NCBI GenBank assembly: GCA_030592425.1
Contig: JAUVJK010000001.1
Location: 1-62,897 of the forward strand
DNA from: Candidatus Moraniibacteriota bacterium
GTDB lineage: Bacteria > Patescibacteriota > Minisyncoccia > Moranbacterales > GCA-2747515
Reading direction: 5' to 3'
DNA: 62,897 nucleotides
Shown: positions 1 through 9,634 of the stretch, piece after piece
Numbering within the stretch: position 1 is the stretch's first letter
Layout: each line of letters begins with the position of its first letter
The notes under the pieces: generated by a model
Database searches by the model: none
The model's input: the letters and a program-made list of their open reading frames with translations, nothing else
What the model was told of the DNA's origin: nothing
Program-made: the position numbers and the translations under genes

Positions 1-150
1 TACTACACAAATAAGACTCCTCTCGAGCTCTTCTTTCCAAATGCCACACCAAAAGACATAAAAAGTGCTATTTCAGCAGCAGGATTGCCACTCAATGAAG
101 TAAAGAACCATGCCAATACATACTTCACAGGCGATTATCAATTCACCTAA
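1..150 (+). CDS. 3' end of an unidentified CDS (5' part lies outside the window)
   Basis: Frame 1 is open from base 1 to TAA 148-150 (...AAGLPLNEVKNHANTYFTGDYQFT*) and is followed by a terminator hairpin. The 49 aa give no family motif. Confidence 0.4.
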   Translation, partial: YYTNKTPLELFFPNATPKDIKSAISAAGLPLNEVKNHANTYFTGDYQFT

Positions 151-166
151 GGAGGCGTATTTCCCA

Positions 167-201
167 AGAGCAGTGACTACACATAGTCAGTGCTCTTTTT
201 T
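167..201 (+). terminator. Rho-independent terminator
   Basis: 13-bp stem AGAGCAGTGACTA / TAGTCAGTGCTCT (one G:G mismatch), loop CACA, then a T6 run. Confidence 0.6.
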
Positions 202-285
202 ATTTCAAAAAATAAACGACCTCATTAATGATGTCATTAAATAGGTCATTAAAGTTTATTTAAATAGCCTTAGGCACGTAAAATA

Positions 286-696
286 TTACTCCTTTTCCTT
301 CTCTCTCCTTTTTAATCCCCCACGAATAATGTCACATGCTGCCTGAAATTCACGCAGATCTTTTTTTAAACTTTTTTGCACAGCAATACTCTCTTCATTT
401 TTGATCTTGTCTGAGTATAAAAGCTCTTTGTATGTCATAAAGTCTTCGATTGTCTTTCCTGTATTTTCATCCTCTTGCAGCCATTTCTTTCCCTGAAGCA
501 ACCACCGCAATGCATCTGAAAATGCCATACGCTCCTCATCTTCTTCAATAGTATCAGCTGCCCCAACTATCTCACCTCGTGCAGTAACATTCGCATTAAT
601 GATCTTTTTTACCTCATTTAATTCCACCAGACCATGATGATCTGATTCATTCTCCTGTGGCAATAACTCTGCTGATGATGGTACTTCTCTATTCAT
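286..696 (-). CDS. hypothetical acidic protein
   Basis: ORF-track 286..765 trimmed to the internal ATG at 696 (MNREVPSS...) so it no longer overlaps the end of map (708). No recognisable motif. Confidence 0.5.
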   Translation of the reverse strand: MNREVPSSAELLPQENESDHHGLVELNEVKKIINANVTARGEIVGAADTIEEDEERMAFSDALRWLLQGKKWLQEDENTGKTIEDFMTYKELLYSDKIKNEESIAVQKSLKKDLREFQAACDIIRGGLKRREKEKE

Positions 697-707
697 TTTG
701 TATCTCG

Positions 708-1472
708 TTAGACTTGTGTTAAAATTTCCGTCCCTTTTTCTGTGACCAGCATGGTATTTTCCCAATGAGCGCTCAAGCTACCATCACTACTTCGATAGGT
801 CCAGCCATCACTATCAAGCGTCGTCTCGCTCGTACCAAGATTGATCATTGGTTCGATTGCGATCACCATGCCTTTTTTGAATGTAAAATTGTGCATGCCT
901 TTGATAAAGAAGTTTGGGATTTGTGGATCTTCATGCAGCTCATAACCAATTCCATGACCAACTAAATTCTTTACAACACCGCATCCCTCCGTTTCCGCTA
1001 CAGACTGTGCTGCGCGTGCGAAATCTTCCAACGTCGCACCGTCTTTGATCCGTGCAACGCCTTTGTTATAAGATGCACGCGTCACTTCTGTGATCTTCTG
1101 TGCATCAGCACTTACATCTCCTACCATAAAAGTGCGTGCCATATCAGCGTACATTTTTTTGTAAACAAGTCCAATATCAATTTTGACGAGATCTCCTGCA
1201 GAAATAAGTTTGTCTTCCGTTGGAATACCATGAACCACTTCCTCATTCAATGAAAAACAAATCGTACCTGGGAAAGGAGTTGGTCCACCAGCATCATACC
1301 CTTTAAAGGCGGGGACTGAGTGTCGCGCGTAGATCTCTCGTTCTGCAATCTCATCAAGATGTGCCCCACTGACGCCAGCTGCTACTTCACTTTCGAGGAT
1401 CGCAACAACTTCCGCAAGACGTTTCCCTGCCTCACGCATGATCGCGATCTCTTTGTCATTTTTTATATGCAT
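708..1472 (-). CDS. map: methionine aminopeptidase type I
   Basis: 254 aa with metal-ligand motifs DIGLVYKKMYADMARTF, GHGIGYELHEDPQIPN and AIEPMI. Canonical position downstream of secY. Confidence 0.95.
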   Translation of the reverse strand: MHIKNDKEIAIMREAGKRLAEVVAILESEVAAGVSGAHLDEIAEREIYARHSVPAFKGYDAGGPTPFPGTICFSLNEEVVHGIPTEDKLISAGDLVKIDIGLVYKKMYADMARTFMVGDVSADAQKITEVTRASYNKGVARIKDGATLEDFARAAQSVAETEGCGVVKNLVGHGIGYELHEDPQIPNFFIKGMHNFTFKKGMVIAIEPMINLGTSETTLDSDGWTYRSSDGSLSAHWENTMLVTEKGTEILTQV

Positions 1473-1555
1473 GACCTATTATAGTCACACTTGGTCAAAA
1501 AACACAAAAAAACAGCTGTTTGCTGTTTTCCATATTCAAAGTTCTATATTGCCGT

Positions 1556-2839
1556 CTAAAATCCATCATAATCACGCATGACCATCTGTGCTTCTAATTG
1601 CTTTACAATCTCGATCACCACAGAAACCGTGATCAAAATACTTGTCCCACCAATCGTCAGAGCAGTCATACCCGTTACACCTGACACAACAACTGGCATC
1701 ACAGCAATCGTTCCGAGGAAAAGAGCTCCCGCAAGTGTAATACGTGTCACGATGCGACCAAGATACTCTTCTGTTTCGCTACCAGGACGCACACCAGGCA
1801 CATACCCGCCTTGTTTCTGGAGATTCTCTGCGATCTTGTGTGGATCAAAAACAACAGCTGTATAAAAATATGTAAATAATACAACAAGTGAAAAGTAAAC
1901 GATACCGTAGATCCACTGATTTTGGAAAAGATCCGTTAATGTCTGTCCAAATGATGCTAATGATTCATTACTCGCTTGCGCAAGCATACCACCAACCATC
2001 GTTGGAAAGAGAATCAAAGAAACAGCAAAGATGATCGGGATAACACCAGCTTGATTGACCCGCAGTGGCAAGTGTGAAGCTGCTTGTCCGTAGGATTGAT
2101 TACCCCGCATACGCTTTGCATAAGAAATCGGGATGTTACGCTGTCCCTCAGAAACAAACACCACACCGACGATCGTCAGGATACCAACAGCTGCAAAAAG
2201 GATATATTTATAGATATCACGTTCATCAAACGTTGCAGAAGTTTGAGAGATCATCGTTGGCAATGATGCGACGATTCCTGCAAAGATCATGATTGATACA
2301 CCATTACCGATCTTTTTCTCTGTGATCAACTCACCAAGCCACATCAGGAAGATCGTTCCTGCTGTTGCAACAATGATAATCAACACCATATCAAACGATG
2401 AAAGCTGTGTAATAATACCTTGTGATTTGAGTAGTGTGACCATTGCAAATGTTTGCATGATCGCAAGTGGCACCGTCAGCATACGTGTGATCGAGTTGAA
2501 TTTCTGTCGCCCTTGTTCTCCTTCTTCTTTATGAAGTTGTTCCATCCGTGGCACGATCATCGTCAAAAGTTGCATAATGATCGATGCTGTAATATAGGGG
2601 CCGAGTCCAAGAAGGACGATTGAAATATTTGATAAACCACCACCAGAGAACATATTCAAAAGACCAACGAGTTGGTTTTCTGCGAAAAGATCTTTGATCT
2701 GTGCAACATCAATACCTGGTAATGGAATATTTGCAGCAAGACGAAAAACGATCAGAAGCGCAAAGATAAAAAATATCTTATTACGAAGGTCTTTCGTTTT
2801 GAAGATCTGTGTTAATTTCTCAAAAAAGTCTTTGATCAT
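1556..2839 (-). CDS. secY: preprotein translocase subunit SecY
   Basis: 427 aa polytopic membrane protein with GLGPYITASIIMQLL and ISYAKRMRG-type segments. Sits between rplO and map. Confidence 0.97.
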   Translation of the reverse strand: MIKDFFEKLTQIFKTKDLRNKIFFIFALLIVFRLAANIPLPGIDVAQIKDLFAENQLVGLLNMFSGGGLSNISIVLLGLGPYITASIIMQLLTMIVPRMEQLHKEEGEQGRQKFNSITRMLTVPLAIMQTFAMVTLLKSQGIITQLSSFDMVLIIIVATAGTIFLMWLGELITEKKIGNGVSIMIFAGIVASLPTMISQTSATFDERDIYKYILFAAVGILTIVGVVFVSEGQRNIPISYAKRMRGNQSYGQAASHLPLRVNQAGVIPIIFAVSLILFPTMVGGMLAQASNESLASFGQTLTDLFQNQWIYGIVYFSLVVLFTYFYTAVVFDPHKIAENLQKQGGYVPGVRPGSETEEYLGRIVTRITLAGALFLGTIAVMPVVVSGVTGMTALTIGGTSILITVSVVIEIVKQLEAQMVMRDYDGF

Positions 2840-2904
2840 AATAGTAGTGCATGGATCATACTGTCAATTACCCCAGTATAGCACATTTTAATGCATGCGA
2901 GGAT

Positions 2905-3408
2905 TTATCTTTTCTTTGGTACTTCTTTTTCTTTTTTTCCTGACACGTCGCTCGTGAGCGACTGTGCTTCCTGTTTCGCAATCGTTCCACCAGTTTTTTC
3001 AATCACTTTTGCTGCAGCGACACTCACATTGATATCTTTTGCGATCATCATTTTCTTTGTTAGTGTACCACTCGCAACGATCTTTGCTCCATTGCGTAGT
3101 TCATTCTGGCGAATATGACCTTTCTTTGCCAATGTTACAATAGAAACTTCAGAACCAGCGTCAAAGAGCTGTTCAAGGTCTGATAGTCGTACAACAACGA
3201 GCTTTGCATGTGGTGATTTAAATCCACGTAATTTTTTCATACGATGGATCAGTGATGAGCGACCACCTTCAAAGAGCGGATCAACATTTCCACCACTGCG
3301 TGATTTTTGTCCCTTCATACCACGACCAGAGTATGTACCACGCTTTCCGCCACGACCAACGCGCTTGCGTGTTCTTTTACCTTCTACTTGTAGTTGATGA
3401 ATCTGCAT
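2905..3408 (-). CDS. rplO: 50S ribosomal protein L15
   Basis: Gly/Arg-rich N-terminus RVGRGGKRGTYSGRGMKGQKSRSGG. Follows rpsE after only 39 nt. Has a short K/E-rich C-terminal tail. Confidence 0.95.
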   Translation of the reverse strand: MQIHQLQVEGKRTRKRVGRGGKRGTYSGRGMKGQKSRSGGNVDPLFEGGRSSLIHRMKKLRGFKSPHAKLVVVRLSDLEQLFDAGSEVSIVTLAKKGHIRQNELRNGAKIVASGTLTKKMMIAKDINVSVAAAKVIEKTGGTIAKQEAQSLTSDVSGKKEKEVPKKR

Positions 3409-3447
3409 ATCTCGTCTAAATAGTTGAATTACAATATAATAATGTTC

Positions 3448-4080
3448 TTATTTTTTCGTTGTTTTCGTCGTCTTTTTAGTAGCCTTCTTTGGTGCAACCT
3501 TCACTTCCTTTGTTGGAGTAGTCTTTTTAGGAGCGACTTTCGATTCTTTTTGTGTTGTAGCCGGTTTTTCACTTACTGCCTTAGGTGTTTTTACTTTTAC
3601 TTGACTCAATTCACTCAAAGCAACGATCGTAGCTCGCGCTACATTGATCTTACTCGATGTACCAAGTGATTTTGATACAACATCACGGACACCTGCAAGA
3701 TCAAGAACAGAACGGACAGAGCCACCAGCAATGATCCCACTACCTTCTGGAGCTGGCTTCAAGAGGATGATCGCACTACCATGTTTCATCCTCACATCAT
3801 GTGGGATCGTACTACCATCCATCGGTACAGTGATCATGTGTTTCTTTGCATCATCTGATGCTTTCTGGATCGCTTGTTGTACATCTGTTCCTTTCGAAAT
3901 ACCCACACCGACTTTCCCTTTATGATTACCAAGAACAACCGTCGCGCGAAAGCGAAATCGGCGACCACCTTTTACCACACGCGTCACACGTGCAAGGTCG
4001 ATAAGTTTATTATCAAACTCAGACTTTTCGCGTCGTCTTCGTCGTCCGCCGCGCTTATTTTTTTTCTTCTGATCTGCCAT
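3448..4080 (-). CDS. rpsE: 30S ribosomal protein S5 with Lys/Thr-rich C-terminal tail
   Basis: VTRVVKGGRRFRFRATVVLGNHKGKVGVGISKG and GSGIIAGGSVRSVLDLAGV. About 50 aa of low-complexity tail (KKTTPTKEVKVAPKKATKKTTKTTKK). Confidence 0.95.
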   Translation of the reverse strand: MADQKKKNKRGGRRRRREKSEFDNKLIDLARVTRVVKGGRRFRFRATVVLGNHKGKVGVGISKGTDVQQAIQKASDDAKKHMITVPMDGSTIPHDVRMKHGSAIILLKPAPEGSGIIAGGSVRSVLDLAGVRDVVSKSLGTSSKINVARATIVALSELSQVKVKTPKAVSEKPATTQKESKVAPKKTTPTKEVKVAPKKATKKTTKTTKK

Positions 4081-4109
4081 AGAAAATTAGTTAGTATGTC
4101 GAAATAAAA

Positions 4110-4457
4110 TTATAATTTAATACCACCATCACGCATTGCATCTGCAAGCGCTTTGACCTTGCCATGATATTTGTAACCATTGCGGTCAAAAACAACTTCC
4201 GTGATCTTCTTGGCAGTACATTCTTTTGCGATATGAGATCCAAGTTTCCCAGCACCATCAATAGTATTTTTTGCCTTTGCATCTACAAGAGATCCACTCG
4301 CAAGCGTCGTTCCTTTTGCATCATCAATAACTTGTACACTGACATTGAGGTGAGAACGAAAAACACTGACACGTGGTCGCGTAGCTGTTCCTGTAATTTT
4401 AGCACGAACACGTCCTGCACGTCGCTTTCTATTCAGATTTTTCTTATTCTCGGCCAT
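4110..4457 (-). CDS. rplR: 50S ribosomal protein L18
   Basis: RKRRAGRVRAKITGTATRPRVSVFRS... and operon position. Confidence 0.95.
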   Translation of the reverse strand: MAENKKNLNRKRRAGRVRAKITGTATRPRVSVFRSHLNVSVQVIDDAKGTTLASGSLVDAKAKNTIDGAGKLGSHIAKECTAKKITEVVFDRNGYKYHGKVKALADAMRDGGIKL

Positions 4458-4486
4458 AGTCGTACACTTTATTAATCATTATTATT

Positions 4487-5026
4487 CTACGCAGCTGCAG
4501 CTTTCTTTCCCTCCTTACGCCGCACAATCTCATCGCTATATTTAAATCCCTTGCCTTTATATGGTTCCACTGGCTTCAGCGCACGAATTTCTGCAGCAAA
4601 TTGTCCTACTGCTTGCTTATCAACGCCAGTTACTGTCAATAACATTTTATCAATTTCCACTGTTAATCCCTCTGGGATATCGACAAGCACAGGATGTGAA
4701 AAACCAAGTGCTAGATCGATCTGTTTTCCCTTCAATGCCATGCGATAACCGACGCCATTGAGCTCCAATTTCTTTTCAAATCCTTGCGATACACCATGTA
4801 CCATATTCTCGATCAATCGTTTTGTCGTTCCCCACATCGCACGAGATGTCTTGGAATTATTGTTATTTTTCACAGTAATTGCTCCATCTGCGACAGACGC
4901 ACTTACAGCATTATGGAGTTCCATGGAGATTTCACCTTTTGACCCCTTAACTTTCACAACATTCCCCGTAACATCAACAGTGACGCCATCTGGGATCGTG
5001 ATCGGTTTTATGCCAATTCTACTCAT
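4487..5026 (-). CDS. rplF: 50S ribosomal protein L6
   Basis: MSRIGIKPITIPDGVTVDV..., ...PEPYKGKGFKY; operon position. Confidence 0.96.
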   Translation of the reverse strand: MSRIGIKPITIPDGVTVDVTGNVVKVKGSKGEISMELHNAVSASVADGAITVKNNNNSKTSRAMWGTTKRLIENMVHGVSQGFEKKLELNGVGYRMALKGKQIDLALGFSHPVLVDIPEGLTVEIDKMLLTVTGVDKQAVGQFAAEIRALKPVEPYKGKGFKYSDEIVRRKEGKKAAAA

Positions 5027-5065
5027 ACATTTATGTAACTTTAGAAAATCTGAAATTTATATAAT

Positions 5066-5476
5066 TTACCACACTTCACAAATCACTTCACCACCAAGAC
5101 CTTTTTTCTTTGCGTCCTTACCACTCATAACGCCTTGTGATGTTGAGATCACTGCAATACCATACCCATTACGCACCTTGCGAATCATGTCATTTTTGAT
5201 GTAAACACGTTGTCCTGGCGTTGATACACGATGAATCTCTTTGATTGCTGGATCTTTTTTCGAAAGCGAGATCTGATCATATTTCAATACGATCTGAACG
5301 TTTTTGCGACCAACATGTTCTTCATCATCAATAACGTCAACTTTCTCTACTAAATTCTCACTTTCCAAAACCTTTGCAATAGCAATTTTTAGTCGCGATG
5401 CAGGAATCAACACAACAGCATGATTAGCCATCTGTGCGTTTCGGATACGTGTTAACATGTCACTGATTGGATCCAT
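5066..5476 (-). CDS. rpsH: 30S ribosomal protein S8
   Basis: DPISDMLTRIRNAQMANH...; operon position. Confidence 0.96.
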   Translation of the reverse strand: MDPISDMLTRIRNAQMANHAVVLIPASRLKIAIAKVLESENLVEKVDVIDDEEHVGRKNVQIVLKYDQISLSKKDPAIKEIHRVSTPGQRVYIKNDMIRKVRNGYGIAVISTSQGVMSGKDAKKKGLGGEVICEVW

Positions 5477-5532
5477 AAATACTTTACTTAATACGAATAA
5501 CCTGTAAATTTGATCTTCTTCAACTTAATACT

Positions 5533-5718
5533 CTACCAACTACTTTTCCGCACACCAGGGATCTCTCCCTTACTTGCCAGTTCTCGAAAACAAATACGAC
5601 AGATACCAAACTTGCGAAGGAATGAGCGTGTTTTACCACACTTCCAACAGCGTCGCACTTCACGTGTCGAGTACTTTGGTTTCTTCTGAGATCTGGCTAT
5701 TACTGATGTTTTTGCCAT
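5533..5718 (-). CDS. rpsN: 30S ribosomal protein S14, zinc-binding type Z
   Basis: 61 aa with CWKCG...CRIC zinc ribbon, located between rplE and rpsH. Confidence 0.95.
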   Translation of the reverse strand: MAKTSVIARSQKKPKYSTREVRRCWKCGKTRSFLRKFGICRICFRELASKGEIPGVRKSSW

Positions 5719-5756
5719 AATACGTTTTTCTTAAATGGAAAAATAGTTAATCTTTT

Positions 5757-6314
5757 TTAGTGGTCTTCTTTCTGAATGGGAAATCCCAATGCGCGAAATA
5801 ACGCCTCTCCGGATTTCTCATTATCTGCACTAGACACGATCGTGATCTGGAACCCATAGATCTTTCGTGCGTTCTCTGCTGAAATTTCTGGAAAAATTGT
5901 ATGTTCTTTAATACCAATATTCAAATTACCATTGTGATCAATTGCTTTCATTGGAATACCTTGGAAATCACGTGTACGTGGGAGTGCTTCATTGACCATA
6001 CGATCTATGAAATGCATCATACGTGTTCCACGGAGTGTCACTTTCATACCAATCTCCTGTCCTTCACGAATCTTGAAACTTGCAATCGATCGTTTTGCTG
6101 TCGTCATTACTGGCATCTGTCCTGTAATATCGATTAATGCTTGTTTCAATTCTTTGATCGCCTCTTTCTCTTTGAGAAGTGGTCCAATACCGACATTCAC
6201 AACGATCTTATTGATACGTGGTGCCATTAATGCATTATCAAGTTTCAACTGTTTTTGCAATTCCGGCACAACAGTTTTCTGATATTTTTCTCGAGTTGTA
6301 ATAATTTTACTCAT
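5757..6314 (-). CDS. rplE: 50S ribosomal protein L5
   Basis: KIVVNVGIG..., KRSIASFKIREGQEIGMKVTLRG; operon position. Confidence 0.96.
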   Translation of the reverse strand: MSKIITTREKYQKTVVPELQKQLKLDNALMAPRINKIVVNVGIGPLLKEKEAIKELKQALIDITGQMPVMTTAKRSIASFKIREGQEIGMKVTLRGTRMMHFIDRMVNEALPRTRDFQGIPMKAIDHNGNLNIGIKEHTIFPEISAENARKIYGFQITIVSSADNEKSGEALFRALGFPIQKEDH

Positions 6315-6340
6315 GTCTTTAAATAAATGCGCTACTTAAA

Positions 6341-6649
6341 CTAAATTGCTTTACCACTTTTCTTTGATACACGGACTTTTTTTTCTCCTTCAAATGTAAA
6401 TCCAACCCGTGTTGGCTTATCTGTATGTGGACACACGAGCATGACATTTGATGCATCAATTGATGCTTCCTTGTGAATTCGCTCCCCTTTTTCACCAGAT
6501 TTGCGTGGCTTACGGTGACGGATCACAACATTCACTTTCTCCACAACAATTCGTCCAGTGCTTGGGATCACATCCAAAACAGTCCCGCGTTTACCGCTGT
6601 CCTTTCCAGCTCTTACTTCCACTTTGTCTCCTTTTTTGATCTTCAACAT
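6341..6649 (-). CDS. rplX: 50S ribosomal protein L24
   Basis: KOW motif KIKKGDKVEVRAGKDSGKRGTVLDV. ORF-track 6341..6772 trimmed to ATG 6647-6649 because the extension runs across the end of rplN. Confidence 0.93.
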   Translation of the reverse strand: MLKIKKGDKVEVRAGKDSGKRGTVLDVIPSTGRIVVEKVNVVIRHRKPRKSGEKGERIHKEASIDASNVMLVCPHTDKPTRVGFTFEGEKKVRVSKKSGKAI

Positions 6650-6659
6650 AATATTCTTA

Positions 6660-7031
6660 TTATAATACTTCTGGTGCCATCGAAACGATCTTTGTGTATC
6701 CTTGATCACGCATTTCACGCGCAATTGGGCCAAAGATACGTGTTCCTTTTGGCTCTTTATTCTCGGGGTCAATGATCACAGCTGCATTTTCATCAAATCG
6801 TATATAAGAACCGTCTTTCCGTCGAATTGCTTTCTTTGTTCGTACAACAACAGCCTTGACAACATCACCTGACTTGATCGCACTTCGTGGCTCTGCTGAT
6901 TTCACAGAAGCAACAAAGATATCGCCAACAGAGGCATACCGCCGCTTACTTCCACCAAGTACTTTAAAACACTCGATGACTTTTGCGCCACTATTATCTG
7001 CCACTTTCAATTTTGTCTCTGCTTGAATCAT
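6660..7031 (-). CDS. rplN: 50S ribosomal protein L14
   Basis: [17 protein letters not shown]... 123 aa. Confidence 0.97.
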   Translation of the reverse strand: MIQAETKLKVADNSGAKVIECFKVLGGSKRRYASVGDIFVASVKSAEPRSAIKSGDVVKAVVVRTKKAIRRKDGSYIRFDENAAVIIDPENKEPKGTRIFGPIAREMRDQGYTKIVSMAPEVL

Positions 7032-7040
7032 AGTATATTT

Positions 7041-7283
7041 TTAAACTGTCCGATAAGATTTATCCTTACTCATTGGCTTACACATCACAAATGCTACTTT
7101 ATCTCCCACTTTATATTCATTGTTCTCATCATGTACTTTGTATTTTTTCGTTGCTTTATAGCGTTTATGATATTTTGGGTGCTCTTTATATGCTTCCACA
7201 GCAACAACAACAGTCTTGTCCATCGCATCTGAAACGACGACACCGTGTAAGTTTCCACCTTTTTTACTTTCTACATTTGTCAT
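7041..7283 (-). CDS. rpsQ: 30S ribosomal protein S17
   Basis: GVVVSDAMDKTVVVAVE...YKVHDENNEYKVGDKV. Confidence 0.95.
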   Translation of the reverse strand: MTNVESKKGGNLHGVVVSDAMDKTVVVAVEAYKEHPKYHKRYKATKKYKVHDENNEYKVGDKVAFVMCKPMSKDKSYRTV

Positions 7284-7309
7284 ATGTTTATCGCTGCTAA
7301 AAAATTCAA

Positions 7310-7537
7310 TTACTTATTGGACTGCGCCATTTCTTTTTCTTTGAGAATTGTCATGATCTGTGCTATTGAAGTACGTGCTTCACGATATTCCTTCAAAGAC
7401 TTCTCCTGTTTCACTGTCACATCAACATATGTTGATTGTGCAACAACGCGACTCTTCGCAAGGAGTTCTTCCAGTTCTTTTATTGACTTTTCTCTAAGTT
7501 CATTAACTTTCATAATTGCTCTCTTATTTTTTGACAA
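7310..7537 (-). CDS. rpmC: 50S ribosomal protein L29
   Basis: [18 protein letters not shown]... The start could instead be the ATG at 7513; the 7537 start overlaps the rplP stop by 14 nt. Confidence 0.9.
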   Translation of the reverse strand: MSKNKRAIMKVNELREKSIKELEELLAKSRVVAQSTYVDVTVKQEKSLKEYREARTSIAQIMTILKEKEMAQSNK

Positions 7538-7931
7538 ACTTCGTTGCTACTCCAAACTTGTGTCCTGCGAGTCGAAACGCCTCACGCGCATCTTCTTCTG
7601 AAATGCCATCCATTTCCATCATTACTGTCCCCATTTTTACCTTTGCGACAAAATGATCAACAGCACCTTTACCTTTACCCATCGGTGTTTCATCACCTTT
7701 CTTGGTCATTGAATGGTCAGGGAAAATACGAATCCAAATCTTACCACCACGCTGCACATATCGCGTTACTGCGCGACGCGCAGCTTCGATCTGACGTGCT
7801 GTGATGAGACCTGAGCTTGTCGCCTTCAGTCCATAACTTCCAAAGTTCACGTTCGTTCCACGTGTCGCAGTACCCTTTGGCAAACCGCCGCGGTGTACTT
7901 TTCTATGTTTTACTTTTCGTGGCATTAACAT
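7524..7931 (-). CDS. rplP: 50S ribosomal protein L16
   Basis: [15 protein letters not shown]..., ...RQIEAARRA.. Confidence 0.97.
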   Translation of the reverse strand: MLMPRKVKHRKVHRGGLPKGTATRGTNVNFGSYGLKATSSGLITARQIEAARRAVTRYVQRGGKIWIRIFPDHSMTKKGDETPMGKGKGAVDHFVAKVKMGTVMMEMDGISEEDAREAFRLAGHKFGVATKFVKK

Positions 7932-7968
7932 AATCGTCTTTCGTTATTTCCAAATACTTTATACTTAC

Positions 7969-8622
7969 CTAGCTTCGTTCAACATTAAACACCTCACCTT
8001 TGTAGATCCACACCTTTACACCAATCGCTCCATAGGTTGTCCGTGCAACATCTCGTGCAAAGTCAATATCAGCACGCAATGTATGCAATGGAATCGTCCC
8101 TCGTGATAGCCATTCGGCTCGTGACATTTCCGCTCCGTTCAATCGACCAGACACTTGGATCTTTACACCTTTAATATTGCGATTCTTTTCTACCTGATCA
8201 AGCATTGATTTCAATACACGTCGGAATGGCATACGTTTCTCAAGATTTTCTGCAACTTGCTGTGCAACCAATGCTGCGCTTTCTTCAAATTGTTTGATCT
8301 CCTTAATTTCCAATTTCAAATCAACTTTCTTTCCTGCAAAATAATTCTTTTTGATAAATACACTCATATCTTCGATCCCTGAGCCACCACGTCCAATCAA
8401 TACACCTGGACGAGATGTTTTTACGATCAGAAGCACCTTCTGTGCACTACGCTCGATTTCAACATCAGCAATAGATGCGTTGCGCCATTTTTTCATAATT
8501 GCACGTCGAATCTCAACATCCTGTCGTAGCAATTTAGCAAAATCTTTATCAGCGTACCAGCGTGATCGCCAGTCCGTTGTGATTCCGATACGTATTCCTT
8601 TTGGATTGATCTTTTGTCCCAT
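7969..8622 (-). CDS. rpsC: 30S ribosomal protein S3
   Basis: MGQKINPKGIRIGI..., KH-domain segment GVLIGRGGSGIE. Confidence 0.97.
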   Translation of the reverse strand: MGQKINPKGIRIGITTDWRSRWYADKDFAKLLRQDVEIRRAIMKKWRNASIADVEIERSAQKVLLIVKTSRPGVLIGRGGSGIEDMSVFIKKNYFAGKKVDLKLEIKEIKQFEESAALVAQQVAENLEKRMPFRRVLKSMLDQVEKNRNIKGVKIQVSGRLNGAEMSRAEWLSRGTIPLHTLRADIDFARDVARTTYGAIGVKVWIYKGEVFNVERS

Positions 8623-8656
8623 GATGTTTCGTTAATTTAATCTGATCTTCAAATGA

Positions 8657-9172
8657 TTATTTATTTTGTGTACGTTTGATTGCTGGCTTCTGTGTCTGTA
8701 CACTATCATTGACTTTCTTTTCTATTGATTTCTCTGGTTTCTTTTGTGCATGCTTTACCATATCTTTCTCTTTCTTCTGCTCAGTTTTCTTTGTCGTTTC
8801 TTTCTTGATGTTTTTCTTCACAACTTTCTTTTGGGAATCTTGTTCAACAACAGAAAGTATTACAACGATCTTTGATGTGCGTTTGAGAATCTGTGCTGCA
8901 CGTCCATATGCTCGCGCTCGAAAACGTTTAAGCGTTGGACCTGCTCCAACTTGGATATCTTTTACAATCAATCGATCACTACTTGTTTTGTGATTGTGAT
9001 CAGCATTCGCAATCGCACTTCGCAAAAGCTTTGCAATAACAGGACCAACGTGTCTGATCTCGTTGTCAGCATAGATCAAAGCATCATCAACCCGCATACC
9101 ACGCATATGATCTGTAACGATGCGTACTTTCTGTGGGGAAACCCGTAAATTGTTGAGTCTTGTCGTAAACAT
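8657..9172 (-). CDS. rplV: 50S ribosomal protein L22 with Lys-rich C-terminal tail
   Basis: VSPQKVRIVTDHMRGMRVDDAL core (about 110 aa) followed by about 60 aa K/E/T-rich tail. Confidence 0.94.
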   Translation of the reverse strand: MFTTRLNNLRVSPQKVRIVTDHMRGMRVDDALIYADNEIRHVGPVIAKLLRSAIANADHNHKTSSDRLIVKDIQVGAGPTLKRFRARAYGRAAQILKRTSKIVVILSVVEQDSQKKVVKKNIKKETTKKTEQKKEKDMVKHAQKKPEKSIEKKVNDSVQTQKPAIKRTQNK

Positions 9173-9214
9173 TGTTTCTATTTATCAGTAATCAAATATA
9201 TCTTAAGTAGATTT

Positions 9215-9532
9215 TTATTCACTCTTCGCTGCATCAATCTCTTTTTGCTTTGCCTCAATTTCCATTTCTTTCTGCATACGTCCACCGTGCCGTGTAAACT
9301 TCCGTGTCAATGAAAATTCTCCGAGGCGATGACCAACCATTTCCTCACTAATGAGAATATTTGTAAAATCCCGACCATTATGAACACCAAACGTAAATCC
9401 GATCATCTCAGGTGTGATCACACTTGCACGTGACCATGTCTTTACAATACCAGCTTCCTTCGGCGTCTTGTTACGAATTTTCTTCATAACACGTTCGTCG
9501 ACATAAGGTCCTTTTTTGAGACTTCTACTCAT
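9215..9532 (-). CDS. rpsS: 30S ribosomal protein S19
   Basis: MSRSLKKGPYVD..., GHRLGEFSLTRKF. Confidence 0.97.
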   Translation of the reverse strand: MSRSLKKGPYVDERVMKKIRNKTPKEAGIVKTWSRASVITPEMIGFTFGVHNGRDFTNILISEEMVGHRLGEFSLTRKFTRHGGRMQKEMEIEAKQKEIDAAKSE

Positions 9533-9634
9533 ATACTATCTTATTAGCTTATTCAGGCTTCAGTTTATCAGGTTTCTCTAGAGTGGTATGATCCATTCTG
9601 CAGAAAACTAATGTCTAAAGCCTAATGCTTTAAA

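Noticed and set aside
6650-6772. Long N-terminal extensions suggested by the ORF track (rplX here; also rplC, rpsJ, pyrE, pyrF, mutY, SNase, parA, yvcK, the NTP-transferase and folD)
   Set aside because: The extensions overlap the preceding gene or start at GTG/TTG. Internal ATGs reproduce the canonical family N-termini, often with an SD-like purine run.
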